IMG/VR virus record: IMGVR_UViG_3300027963_005443
Length of the DNA stretch: 64,000 bases
Direction: 5' to 3' (one strand)
Origin: a virus
Shown: positions 32,953 through 42,696 of the stretch, one piece after another
Layout: each line of letters starts with the position of its first letter
Numbering within the stretch: the first letter of the stretch is position 1
Program-made: the position numbers and the translations under genes
The notes under the pieces: model-generated
Databases searched by the model: none
The model's input: the letters and a program-made list of their open reading frames with translations, nothing else
What the model was told of the DNA's origin: nothing

Positions 32953-34242
32953 ATGTATAATCGAGAAAAACTATTAGAACTATTTGAAAAGCACAATGCT
33001 CATGGAATAGGGCTTGGCAAAAAAACTGTAGATGGGCAAGAAACAGATGAAATCTGTGTGGTATTTTATGTTGATGAAAAAAAGTCAATTTCTAATCTTA
33101 CAGAAAAAGAAATTGTACCAAAAAATATAACTCTTGAAAAAAAACAATATGGCACTGATGTGCTTGAATTAAAAAAACCAGAATTATTAGGGTGTTGCGA
33201 CACAAGATACACACCTGGCATCACAAATAGAAATAGAATAAGGCCAATAAAAGGCGGAATTTCAATAGGAAACATTTATGATTCTAAGTGGTTCACAGGA
33301 ACATTAGGGCTAATATGTATAGATCAAATTGATAATAGTATAGTTGGATTGACCAATGTGCATGTTACAAATGCAAATCAATTAAACAATTTAAATAATT
33401 CAAAATATTACAACACATTTAATAAGCAAATGACCCAGCCCAGTTATCCTGATGCTGTGGTTGCTCTCGGTCCTCCTTATGAATTGCCAATTTCCAATCA
33501 TATAAGTCAGACTTCAATAGGAATAATAAAAAGATTTTGGCCAATAACTACAAAAAATAATAATATTGTTGATTGTTCATTAATTAGCATTTCTCAATCT
33601 AATGGGCTTATAAATAACACATCGTTCGGAATACATGGAATAACGGATAATATAATTCCTTGGGCCACAGAACAAGAAATTGAAAATCTTACATTAGGAA
33701 CTTTGGTTCAAAAAAGTGGCAGATCAACAGGATTAACCGGCACTGGATATAACACTAGTCCTTGTAAAGTTGAAATAACTTCTTTAAATTATTCATTTCC
33801 AATCATATACTCAGAAACAGAAGTTACATTTCAAGACACCATTCAGTTTAGGTATACTGCTGATGGTAACCTATGCAACAGAGATATTGTTAGTCCTATT
33901 GATGGAGGAGACTCTGGATCTATATTAATTGCCAATATTGGAGGAGTGGAAAAAATAATAGGATTGAACTTTGCCGGCAGCACTCAATACGGAATTGCTT
34001 GTAAAATCAATAACGTTAAGGATATACTAAAAGTTAGACAACCAACGGCTTCGGATTTGTCTAATTTGAAATTTTCAAATCCCAATAATTGGAAATATAT
34101 AGCAATTGACAAAGATTTAGAATCCGATGGCCTAGTTAACTATAAAGGAAAAGAATATTGGCAAATAGGAAATATTCCTTACAAAATAGATGTTCCAGAT
34201 GATTTTATAACTACAACTACTACAACTACAATTCAACCTTGA
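32953..34242 (+). CDS. Nal1-like trypsin-fold serine protease (paralog of 7369..8736)
   Basis: HGIGLGKKTVDG..TDEICVVFYVDEKK...IVPKNI...TDVLE; GTLGLIC.D; TNVHV / VDCSL / GDSGS; start moved from TTG 32944 to ATG 32953. Confidence 0.8.
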   Translation: MYNREKLLELFEKHNAHGIGLGKKTVDGQETDEICVVFYVDEKKSISNLTEKEIVPKNITLEKKQYGTDVLELKKPELLGCCDTRYTPGITNRNRIRPIKGGISIGNIYDSKWFTGTLGLICIDQIDNSIVGLTNVHVTNANQLNNLNNSKYYNTFNKQMTQPSYPDAVVALGPPYELPISNHISQTSIGIIKRFWPITTKNNNIVDCSLISISQSNGLINNTSFGIHGITDNIIPWATEQEIENLTLGTLVQKSGRSTGLTGTGYNTSPCKVEITSLNYSFPIIYSETEVTFQDTIQFRYTADGNLCNRDIVSPIDGGDSGSILIANIGGVEKIIGLNFAGSTQYGIACKINNVKDILKVRQPTASDLSNLKFSNPNNWKYIAIDKDLESDGLVNYKGKEYWQIGNIPYKIDVPDDFITTTTTTTIQP

Positions 34243-34372
34243 TACTTATTTGTGGATATTCCACTACCGGTAAAATAATTAGTGTTAGGTGAGTAAAAAG
34301 CCGGGGATGGTCATCCACCACTAGAGGTTGTCGGTGTAGTTGGAATCAACTCGGCCTCAGAGAGTGGGTGTG

Positions 34373-35653
34373 TTAGTGCGAACATCTTAGAATCAATGTA
34401 TCATAAAGCCCTAACGCTCCTTGTGTTAAAGTTTTAGCACAAACAACAGCAATAGTATTTATTGAAGTTAATCCTATATTTGCTACTATGTTAACTTGCT
34501 CACCTATTTGCCAATTTTCTAGATTACTCCCCGGGTATAGCAATGAATTCTGCCCTCTTACCACACGAAAAACTGGGTGCGTTGATAGAGCAAAGGCGGT
34601 CCATGAGCTTCCAGAGCTGACTCCAGTTATTACCCAACTTGTATCACCCACGCCTCCTCCGCCAATAGACCATTCAGAAAAACAACTATTATCGATTGTA
34701 GAACAGTTGTCAATAGTTGTGAGAGTAGGTGTTAGTGTTGGTGTATTAGTTGGGGTTGAAGTAAGTGTTGGGGTTGAAGCCGGAGCATTTTCACATCTCA
34801 AGCTAAACTTTACACCATTGTTTTTAACAAGTCTAATAACTTTTGTTATGTGTCCATCAACAGTATCACAAATAAAACTATAATCTCCATTTGCAGTAAT
34901 CAAATCATCACTTCTTGAACTATTTTCTTTTAAATTATCCTGGAAATCAAACTCTATTGGAAAACAACTTTTAAAAATTGTGGGCGTAAGAGTTGGAGTA
35001 GGCGTTAAAGTTAAAGTAGAAGTTGGTGTTGGGGTAGAAGTTTGGGTGAGAGTGGGAGTTGATGTGGGGGTTGTGGTAGGCGTTAATGTGGCAGTGGTAG
35101 TAGGCGTAAGAGTTTGCGTTAATTCAGGAGTAGTGGTTGGAGTTAAAGTTGCGCCAAAAGTATATGTGAGAGTAGGAGTTAAAGTAGGAGTCTGTGTTGC
35201 ACTGGTGGTTGGTGTCGGGGTAGCTGTGGGCGTGCTAGTCGGTGTTGGGGTTATAGTACTTGTTAATGATAAGGTTGGTGTACTAGTTGGCGTAAAAGTA
35301 GGTGTGGGCGTTGGAATCAAACACGTACCAATAACCTCAAATTCCCATTCTGTGGATGCTCGTAAACTTTTTATAAGTAAAATTCCACTCTCAGGGGCCA
35401 ATAAATCTTTATTGAATAATAAAGTCCCTTCCAGGCCTCCCTGAACAGTACCGTACCCCTTGCTTATAAGTTCTTGATCAAAACTTGGATCGCCAACGAA
35501 ACCAGACGAATACTGATTATTATTCCAAATTATCGTAAATCTTACTGGTGGAACTGGGCCTGTGTCATTATTGGGATTTAATTTATATTTTATCCCGTTC
35601 AGTCCGGTATTTGGCCCAAAATCAATTACATACTTATAATCTAATTTATACAT
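34373..35653 (-). CDS. Thr/Pro-rich protein with N-terminal domain shared with 42697..48201
   Basis: Start moved to ATG 35653; [10 protein letters not shown]...SGFVGD vs PVRFTVEWNG...SGFVGD; TPT tracts. Confidence 0.7.
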   Translation of the reverse strand: MYKLDYKYVIDFGPNTGLNGIKYKLNPNNDTGPVPPVRFTIIWNNNQYSSGFVGDPSFDQELISKGYGTVQGGLEGTLLFNKDLLAPESGILLIKSLRASTEWEFEVIGTCLIPTPTPTFTPTSTPTLSLTSTITPTPTSTPTATPTPTTSATQTPTLTPTLTYTFGATLTPTTTPELTQTLTPTTTATLTPTTTPTSTPTLTQTSTPTPTSTLTLTPTPTLTPTIFKSCFPIEFDFQDNLKENSSRSDDLITANGDYSFICDTVDGHITKVIRLVKNNGVKFSLRCENAPASTPTLTSTPTNTPTLTPTLTTIDNCSTIDNSCFSEWSIGGGGVGDTSWVITGVSSGSSWTAFALSTHPVFRVVRGQNSLLYPGSNLENWQIGEQVNIVANIGLTSINTIAVVCAKTLTQGALGLYDTLILRCSH

Positions 35654-35670
35654 AAGTTTAAACCTAAAGA

Positions 35671-35680
35671 ATATATATAT
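35671..35680. promoter_or_regulatory. shared (bidirectional) TATATA putative late promoter
   Basis: ATATATATAT between divergent starts at 35653 (-) and 35685 (+). Confidence 0.45.
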
Positions 35681-35684
35681 GTAT

Positions 35685-36275
35685 ATGTTAAACTTCAAAA
35701 AATGGATAGAAAACACAACTTTAGGAACAGAGAACGTAGATGAGTCTCAAATAGACAGAATATACGATAAAGCTAAGGTTTCCGTTAAATTAGTTCAATT
35801 ATATGGAAGAGAAACAAATCAAAAAATATTAAATAATATATCTACTGTTGCAAATCTAGCCTCTGGCGCTTATGGCTTATATAACTCAAAATATAACAAA
35901 AAAGTCATAAATCAAAATGCAATGAATAAAATTAGATTTAAATTTGGAGAAGACATAATAAAAAACAACAAAATAAATAATGTTCCAGAAGCTGTGATAA
36001 GAAAATATATACCCGATATTTCTGATAACGAGGTGCAGCAAAGTGATGTGATATATGTCAATGTCTCAAGGATAATTTCAGAATTTGGCGACACCGGCAG
36101 AGCAGTACTTGAAATAGCATCCACAATAGTGCACGAATCAACGCATGAAAAAGAAAGAGAAGAAAAAGGATACACCAACGAAACTGGGCCTGTTATGGCT
36201 GAAAAAAAGTTTTTAAATTGGTTCAAATCAAATCAAAATAGATTATTAACCCTATTTCCGCAAATCAAATTATGA
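35685..36275 (+). CDS. putative HExxH metallopeptidase with capsid-targeting-like N-terminus
   Basis: MLNFKKWIE start; IVHESTHE...ETGPVMAE. Confidence 0.55.
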   Translation: MLNFKKWIENTTLGTENVDESQIDRIYDKAKVSVKLVQLYGRETNQKILNNISTVANLASGAYGLYNSKYNKKVINQNAMNKIRFKFGEDIIKNNKINNVPEAVIRKYIPDISDNEVQQSDVIYVNVSRIISEFGDTGRAVLEIASTIVHESTHEKEREEKGYTNETGPVMAEKKFLNWFKSNQNRLLTLFPQIKL

Positions 36276-37819
36276 TCATACCATCTAAAAATAATCTATC
36301 AGTAAAAAAGAATCTAACTAATTTAGGATTTAATCCAAGCTGGAACAATCTTGAATGGCATTCAAGACAAAAAGAAGTTGAAATGTTATTTTCAAAAGAT
36401 GGATATAACAAAAAAATGCCAGCAGTCTACAACAGAGAAGAAAAAGCTGTTCTTTGTGATAAAAAATGGAATTTTAATAGCAATTGCCCCTCACCTTCAA
36501 GTTTTTGGCCAAGTCCAAGAAATTGTTGGAATAATGGAATCGGAAACGCAACCACTGAATTTTGCGTTCCGAAAAAACTAAGCAAAAATTCAGTAAAACA
36601 AGTTAATAAAAAAATACCCTTCTCTAAGGGAGACAGTTTATTTGTTCATCTAAAAAACTATTTTGAATCAAACAATAGATGGGATAAGAGTCAATTTTGT
36701 TTAGGAAGTTTTTGCGTTACTCCAACTCCTACTCCAACAACAACAAAAATAAAACCAACTCATACTCCAACAAGAACTCCGACTCTTACAAGAACATTAA
36801 CAGCTACTCCCACCCCAACATTAACGTCGACATTTGGATTAACTCCTACTCCTACAACAACTTATGGATTAGATCCCACACCTACTTTAACACCTACTTT
36901 AACGTATACATTTGGACTAACTCCCACACCAACCACCACTTTCGGATTAGCTTTAACGCCAACTCCAAGCTACGGATTAAATCTACCCACTCCAACACCA
37001 ACAACAACAAGCATCGAAAATATAGTAGCAAGACTATCCTCGGATGTTTATCTAAATTTAGATTTTGAATCAATTGACTCTAAGTTGGTTACACAGAACG
37101 ATTCAATTGTTAACATAAATGTATCAATAGAAAATATATTATCAAAGGGAATCATAGATGGCCGTGTTAACTGCAATGACAAAGAAGATAATTTCTCAGT
37201 AGAAACGCCCCCGGAAACTACGACCACCACAACCACAGAAGAACCAACCACAACCACAACCACAACCACAGAAGAACCAACCACAACCACAACCACAACT
37301 ACAACCACAACTACAACCACAACACTAGCCCCAACTACATTACAATTAACATCGTATCAAATGTGGATGAACGGATTAGACGTTGAATATACCTCGGGTC
37401 CTATATACAATAAATATGAGTATATGTCACGATATGGCGGCTCATTAAGTTGGAGTATCAGTGATTTAGTAATAAATGGGCAGTCAATAGTCGGCGGAGG
37501 ATCAGAATACAACAGAACAATAAATGCTGCCGGTACGGTCTACAGAGATGACGGCAACGGAGTTGGAATTGCCAACTGCGTTGATATGTTAAATGTAATC
37601 ATGGATGATTTTGAATTAACAACAAGATTTGAAACTTATAGTGGTTCATTAATTCATGCCAATTACTACACAGCTGATAATTTCAGTTTAACAATAACTG
37701 AATCTTATAGTTTGGTTGATTCCAACGATCCTTTAAATCCTAGTGTGTATTCGATCTTGGCAGATGGTAGTGGTATAAAGGATGGGATCGCTGGTGCACC
37801 TGATACAGATTGGCAATAA
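36272..37819 (+). CDS. Thr/Pro-rich hypothetical (putative virion) protein
   Basis: 515-aa ORF, ATGA overlap, TPTPT and poly-Thr/EP tracts. Confidence 0.7.
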   Translation: MIIPSKNNLSVKKNLTNLGFNPSWNNLEWHSRQKEVEMLFSKDGYNKKMPAVYNREEKAVLCDKKWNFNSNCPSPSSFWPSPRNCWNNGIGNATTEFCVPKKLSKNSVKQVNKKIPFSKGDSLFVHLKNYFESNNRWDKSQFCLGSFCVTPTPTPTTTKIKPTHTPTRTPTLTRTLTATPTPTLTSTFGLTPTPTTTYGLDPTPTLTPTLTYTFGLTPTPTTTFGLALTPTPSYGLNLPTPTPTTTSIENIVARLSSDVYLNLDFESIDSKLVTQNDSIVNINVSIENILSKGIIDGRVNCNDKEDNFSVETPPETTTTTTTEEPTTTTTTTTEEPTTTTTTTTTTTTTTTLAPTTLQLTSYQMWMNGLDVEYTSGPIYNKYEYMSRYGGSLSWSISDLVINGQSIVGGGSEYNRTINAAGTVYRDDGNGVGIANCVDMLNVIMDDFELTTRFETYSGSLIHANYYTADNFSLTITESYSLVDSNDPLNPSVYSILADGSGIKDGIAGAPDTDWQ

Positions 37820-37823
37820 ATAT

Positions 37824-39116
37824 TTAAATTCCGCCCTCGTATCGATCAACCCAGCCAGCACTCTTAGAATGCATCCATACAACCCATTTTTGTGGCTTGA
37901 CCTCACAATTAAATTCTCTCCACACCTTTAAATAATCTTTATCTTGCTTCATCATGTTTATTTCATTTTCATCGGCATCTCTTCTGTTTATAACAGTTCC
38001 ATCATTCAATTCAAATGAAACTACCCAAAAATCATAGTCATCATGCTTTAATTGATTGTGATAAATATCAATACAGTGCTTGAATATCTTCAAGAAAGAA
38101 TTCTTGTAATCTTCATCATTATCTATTACAGGATTGGGAGGATTTTTTAAATCCAGGGTAAACTGCTGGACTGCTCTCATTTTAAAATTAAGTCCGCTAT
38201 ACCTCTCATACTCTTCCAAAGTTCTTTCTTTGCCAAAGTCATATGGACCGAAATCAATATCTTTTTTTTCTCCATCCATCTCGAATAATTTTCGATTTCT
38301 TCTATGACAGGTATCGTTCTTCTCTACCCAATTCTTATCGTCATCCCACTGTTTTGTTCTTCCTTGACGGGTATATTCATGCCAAGCAATTATCTTGTGA
38401 GGATGAAATAGATCATAACCACAAGTATATGCTCTTACTGCTATGCTAATCTCTTCTCCATGAAAATAATAGTTTGGATCGTGTTGAACTTCTTTAGCAA
38501 AACTGCCTGGGGCAAAACAAAAGTGAGCACTATAAAATCTAGCGGGGATTGGCTCTTTTAGATTTTGCCATCCTTCTATGTGTCCTGGCAAGAAGAATAC
38601 AGCTCCTTCGGGTATAAACCTGTCGAAATTCATTCTCCAAGGCTCTTGAACACGCTCTGCTGGGTCGTTCAATGGATTAAAACTTGGAATATACGAAGTG
38701 ATTAAAGGCTTCTTGTGTCCTTTTTGTTTTAATTGTTCGAGAATGTTTATGCATTCAGTGTCCCAATTTTTAACAAATCTATGGTGGCTATCTATTTGAA
38801 AAGTCCAATCTTCTCCTCCATAGCTCTGTTGGGTTAGGTTTCGTGCCCAACAAACACCACGACTATCTGTGTGTTTAATATCCAATATTATAAATCTTGG
38901 ATCATTTTTATATTCGTCTAAATTATCCCAAACATCTTCTGATGAATGTTGCCATGCGATGCAAATTTTTAAATTCTCAGGATGCTCGGCATTTGCAATC
39001 ATATCTCTGAGAGTGTGAATTAACTGATTATCTCTATATGATGCTATTTGTACATATATAGAGTTTTTCTTAACATCATTTGAATTGCCAATAGTTTTAT
39101 TTTTCTTCTTTTTCAT
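37824..39116 (-). CDS. GT60-like (GlcNAc family, Skp1 Gnt1 / ppGalNAc-T-related) glycosyltransferase
   Basis: IYVQIASYRD, SRGVCWARNLTQ..YGGE, FQIDSHHRFVKNWD (DxH), FYSAHFCF, YFHGEEISIAVRAYTCGYD. Confidence 0.8.
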   Translation of the reverse strand: MKKKKNKTIGNSNDVKKNSIYVQIASYRDNQLIHTLRDMIANAEHPENLKICIAWQHSSEDVWDNLDEYKNDPRFIILDIKHTDSRGVCWARNLTQQSYGGEDWTFQIDSHHRFVKNWDTECINILEQLKQKGHKKPLITSYIPSFNPLNDPAERVQEPWRMNFDRFIPEGAVFFLPGHIEGWQNLKEPIPARFYSAHFCFAPGSFAKEVQHDPNYYFHGEEISIAVRAYTCGYDLFHPHKIIAWHEYTRQGRTKQWDDDKNWVEKNDTCHRRNRKLFEMDGEKKDIDFGPYDFGKERTLEEYERYSGLNFKMRAVQQFTLDLKNPPNPVIDNDEDYKNSFLKIFKHCIDIYHNQLKHDDYDFWVVSFELNDGTVINRRDADENEINMMKQDKDYLKVWREFNCEVKPQKWVVWMHSKSAGWVDRYEGGI

Positions 39117-39471
39117 TTTCTATGCCTTTAAATAATGTGTCCACAGCACGATCTTGCTGAAGTAATATTAACTTTGCTTTTAATAGAGTTATTTTTTCAC
39201 GAATAATTTTTCTGTTTGTGATTGCTTCTTTTTCCTTAAGAATCATCTCCCTCTTAAAGCTATTTAAAGCACCAACATAACTGGAGGCTAATTCAGAAAT
39301 ATCTTCTCCAGAAACTTCAATCTGTCTGCTTAATTGACTTTCGAGAACTTCTGCAACTTCTCTCATTCTGGCATACTCAAGATCATCTGGGGACCTTGTT
39401 TTTTCGTATATCTCGAGAGAATCGAGAAGGATATCGATTTCTTGATCTGTGAAACTTTTTGTATTAATCAT
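39097..39471 (-). CDS. hypothetical helical protein
   Basis: 124-aa ORF overlapping neighbours. Confidence 0.65.
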   Translation of the reverse strand: MINTKSFTDQEIDILLDSLEIYEKTRSPDDLEYARMREVAEVLESQLSRQIEVSGEDISELASSYVGALNSFKREMILKEKEAITNRKIIREKITLLKAKLILLQQDRAVDTLFKGIENEKEEK

Positions 39472-39644
39472 TTTTTAAATTCTATTGCCAAGGGTTCTTT
39501 TGCCCCAGGCTCAACTGTTCTTTTAATTTGTATGAGTAAAAAGGCATCAGAAAAATCTTTATTTTCTTCTTTTTCTATTAATTTTTGAATTTTTGCACAA
39601 ATTTCTTGACATTGAATCTGTTTTTTTAAGTTAATAGCAATCAT
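39468..39644 (-). CDS. small hypothetical protein (58 aa, MIAINLKKQIQC...)
   Basis: Read manually; ATG immediately after the macrodomain stop, ATGA overlap with the next gene. Confidence 0.5.
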   Translation of the reverse strand: MIAINLKKQIQCQEICAKIQKLIEKEENKDFSDAFLLIQIKRTVEPGAKEPLAIEFKK

Positions 39645-40166
39645 TTAACTTCTCTTAGGAACGTGAATTCTTACTTCGTAACCGCCCCAAATATCAGTAA
39701 TCAAATCATTGATGAAATTCCAATTTCCCCCAGCAGAACCGGCGCCAAATTTAGGAGCATGAATTTCCAGTTTATTAGAATCAACGGAGTTGTAATTATT
39801 TTTAATAAAGGCCCCCAACAAGGACATACACTTAACTAAACTCAAGTAATTAAGTGGTCTTGTGTTTTTCTTTGATGGTAAACCATTTTGAGCAATCATG
39901 TTTACAAAAATAAGATTTCTTTTTTTATTGTCTCCATCAATTTTAATTACTTGATTTTCACCAAGTTTATAAACACCCATTAATTCATAATTTGCTTTAA
40001 CTATTGGATAATTTCTGGCTACTGCTGTGGCGAACCCAGAGTCAAAACTACCAATATTATTAACAATGTGGGGAACAATAATATCTGTTGATGTGTTATT
40101 GTTTATAAATTCAAAAATATCATCATAAACTATGTAGGGAGAATTTGGGCGAACATTTGTTTTCAT
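39645..40166 (-). CDS. macrodomain (ADP-ribose processing) protein
   Basis: IIVPHIVNNIGSFDSGFATAV...FVNMIAQ...IHAPKFGAGSAGGNWNFI. Confidence 0.8.
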   Translation of the reverse strand: MKTNVRPNSPYIVYDDIFEFINNNTSTDIIVPHIVNNIGSFDSGFATAVARNYPIVKANYELMGVYKLGENQVIKIDGDNKKRNLIFVNMIAQNGLPSKKNTRPLNYLSLVKCMSLLGAFIKNNYNSVDSNKLEIHAPKFGAGSAGGNWNFINDLITDIWGGYEVRIHVPKRS

Positions 40167-40193
40167 GTTTTTTTTCCTATATTGGATGCTTAG

Positions 40194-40222
40194 ATAATAT
40201 GTTATTTCACAAACAAAATCAA
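40194..40222 (-). promoter_or_regulatory. sigma70-like promoter
   Basis: TTGATT-17 bp-TATTAT on the minus strand. Confidence 0.55.
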
Positions 40223-40289
40223 TAGTATCTTTAAAATATTGATTTAAACAAACTATTATAAGTATAAATCAAGCACAAATACACGAAAA

Positions 40290-42686
40290 ATGTCTTCTTT
40301 AATAAATAATAAAAAAAGTTTTAAAATAAAAACTAACGATAACTCTTGGAGATCATTAGGATCTCTGCATATAGACAATAATTCTTTTTTATATTTAAAA
40401 TTTAAAATATTAGGTAAATACGACTATAATCAATATAAAATTTATGAAGAAAATATAGTAATAAATTTATTCGAAGGCAATTTAAACGTTATCGATAGAC
40501 AAGTTGCGGCAAATTCTGGGTCTGTTGATGCGGAAGTTTCAATATTTCCAGATTTTGGCCCACTAAGAACATATAGAGGGGCAAATTATCAATCATCCAC
40601 CATAGGAGCATCTACAAGATACACAGACTATCCAAATGCATCTTTTAGCTATCTTGGATTCAGACTAGCGTCATTAACAAATCCATATGGACATATTTAT
40701 ACTGGAAATCCGACAGATTTTTCTGCTTATGTTTTGGTGGGAGACAGTAAAAATGAACCTAATAAATATGGAAAAAGCGCAACAGTAAATGGATTGGGAG
40801 GAGTATCCTATGATTACTATATTCGTAGATGTCCAATAACAAACAATGAATATGCTGAATTCTTAAATTCAGTAACAACTGGATTTGTTGATCCATATGG
40901 TCTTTTCGACAATAGAATGAGCACAGATCCTTCGGGAGGAATATTAAAATCAGGAAGTGATTTTGTTGCAAAAACTGGGATGGGGACCAAGCCAGTTAAT
41001 TTCGTAAATTGGTTCAGTTGTGCACGTTTCTGTAATTGGATGCATAGCAATAAATCGGCAGTTGGTACTGAGAGCGGAGCCTATAAATTAAATGGCGCAA
41101 CCAGCGGAATATTTAAAGCCAATCCAGAAAGCAAATATAGACTTCCAACTGAAGATGAGTGGTATAAAGCAGCATATTATGATGGATCTTTATTATATTA
41201 TAATTACTCTACCCAAAGCAACACAATACCAGATCCAGTTTTGGCGAGCAATAATGGGAATGCAATATCCACGGGTAATTCAGCTAATTATAATAACAAA
41301 GCACTTTATGATGGATTTCCAATACCAACAGGAATAGGACGCTCCAAAGTAACAACAGTGGCAACTAACGGAGATCCTAGTTATTATGGAACTACTGACC
41401 AGGATGGAAACGTATCTGAATGGACTGATGCATTAGACAACAGAATGACAATATCTGTGAAGGGTGAATCAGGTTCAAACATATTGTGGAAAGGTGAAAT
41501 TGAAGTACTTGATATATTATCCAAGGAAGGTGGCGGGATGGGACAACCTAAAGTTCCGCCAACGCCCACACTTACCGCTACAATATCAACACCAACACCT
41601 ACTAAGACACCAGTAACACCAACACCTACTAAGACACCAGTAACACCAACACCTACAATAACACCTACGCTGACGAGGACGCCCACAGGCACAGCTGTCG
41701 CAACTCAGACCCCAACATTAACCCACACAAAGAGTACTCCGACAATAACAGCGACAAGAACACAAGCAGCCACAAGAACTCCTACTCGTACACCAACATT
41801 AACCTCAACACCAACATTAACCGGCACGCCCACACTGACACCCACATTAACTTCTACAAAAACATTAACTCCAACATTAACACTAACTCCAACAAAGACA
41901 AGCACGCCAACATTAACAAGAAGTAATGGAGGTGGCCCATTGCCAACTCAAACAATGACAGCCACATTGACGCAAACATTAAACGATGGATCAATAATTT
42001 GCGGAGACACAGACAGTGGAGGAGGACCCGTAACAACCACTACTACAACAGTTGGACCAACTACAACCGCTGGGCCAACCACAACCACAACCACAACTAC
42101 CGTTGCTCCGTGCCCCGGTGATAGTATAAATTATATTCTAGGTTTATGCCTAGGGCCTATTTCGGGTGGCATCTGCAGTCAACAAAGTAGCGGGAACTTA
42201 AGCGTTAAATATATACAAAATGATGTACTTAATCCTAACTACGGACTTTTAGACACAACAAGTTGCAACCAAGTTACAGTACATTATTTAGCAAGTTCTA
42301 GGGCAGACTCAATAAGTAACTATTCAATTGGAGAAGTAAGAGCCACCAGAGTAACACCTTCTGGGTTGGGGGCCAGTCAAACTATATTCACATTTGATTA
42401 TGCGACATCAACACAAACTCCCGCTGGGGCTGGGCCATTCCTGCCTACTGCAAACGGATATGATTGGGAGCCCACTATAAACTCTGCAGTATTATTAAAT
42501 GCATTCGGAATAACAAGTTCCGGAGAATACATATTCCTCGTAGAGTATAGGGCATATAATTGCAATGGAACTTCTGATTGGCGAAGAATAGGTGATATTG
42601 ATGAAAGCGGTCCATTATGTAACGAGGTTCCCGGGGCAGGTGGAATTTACAAAGTTTGCGGAACAATAACAGTAACTGTACCCTAA
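40290..42686 (+). CDS. protein with circularly permuted FGE-sulfatase (SUMF1/EgtB/PvdO, CLec-fold) domain, TPT linker and C-terminal domain
   Basis: RG.N...GFRLAS precedes VLVGD..N...YDYYIRRCPITNNEYAEFLNSV...KPVNFVNWFSCARFCNW...LPTEDEWYKAAYY...SYYGTTDQDGNVSEW. Confidence 0.85.
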   Translation: MSSLINNKKSFKIKTNDNSWRSLGSLHIDNNSFLYLKFKILGKYDYNQYKIYEENIVINLFEGNLNVIDRQVAANSGSVDAEVSIFPDFGPLRTYRGANYQSSTIGASTRYTDYPNASFSYLGFRLASLTNPYGHIYTGNPTDFSAYVLVGDSKNEPNKYGKSATVNGLGGVSYDYYIRRCPITNNEYAEFLNSVTTGFVDPYGLFDNRMSTDPSGGILKSGSDFVAKTGMGTKPVNFVNWFSCARFCNWMHSNKSAVGTESGAYKLNGATSGIFKANPESKYRLPTEDEWYKAAYYDGSLLYYNYSTQSNTIPDPVLASNNGNAISTGNSANYNNKALYDGFPIPTGIGRSKVTTVATNGDPSYYGTTDQDGNVSEWTDALDNRMTISVKGESGSNILWKGEIEVLDILSKEGGGMGQPKVPPTPTLTATISTPTPTKTPVTPTPTKTPVTPTPTITPTLTRTPTGTAVATQTPTLTHTKSTPTITATRTQAATRTPTRTPTLTSTPTLTGTPTLTPTLTSTKTLTPTLTLTPTKTSTPTLTRSNGGGPLPTQTMTATLTQTLNDGSIICGDTDSGGGPVTTTTTTVGPTTTAGPTTTTTTTTVAPCPGDSINYILGLCLGPISGGICSQQSSGNLSVKYIQNDVLNPNYGLLDTTSCNQVTVHYLASSRADSISNYSIGEVRATRVTPSGLGASQTIFTFDYATSTQTPAGAGPFLPTANGYDWEPTINSAVLLNAFGITSSGEYIFLVEYRAYNCNGTSDWRRIGDIDESGPLCNEVPGAGGIYKVCGTITVTVP

Positions 42687-42696
42687 ATAAAATATT

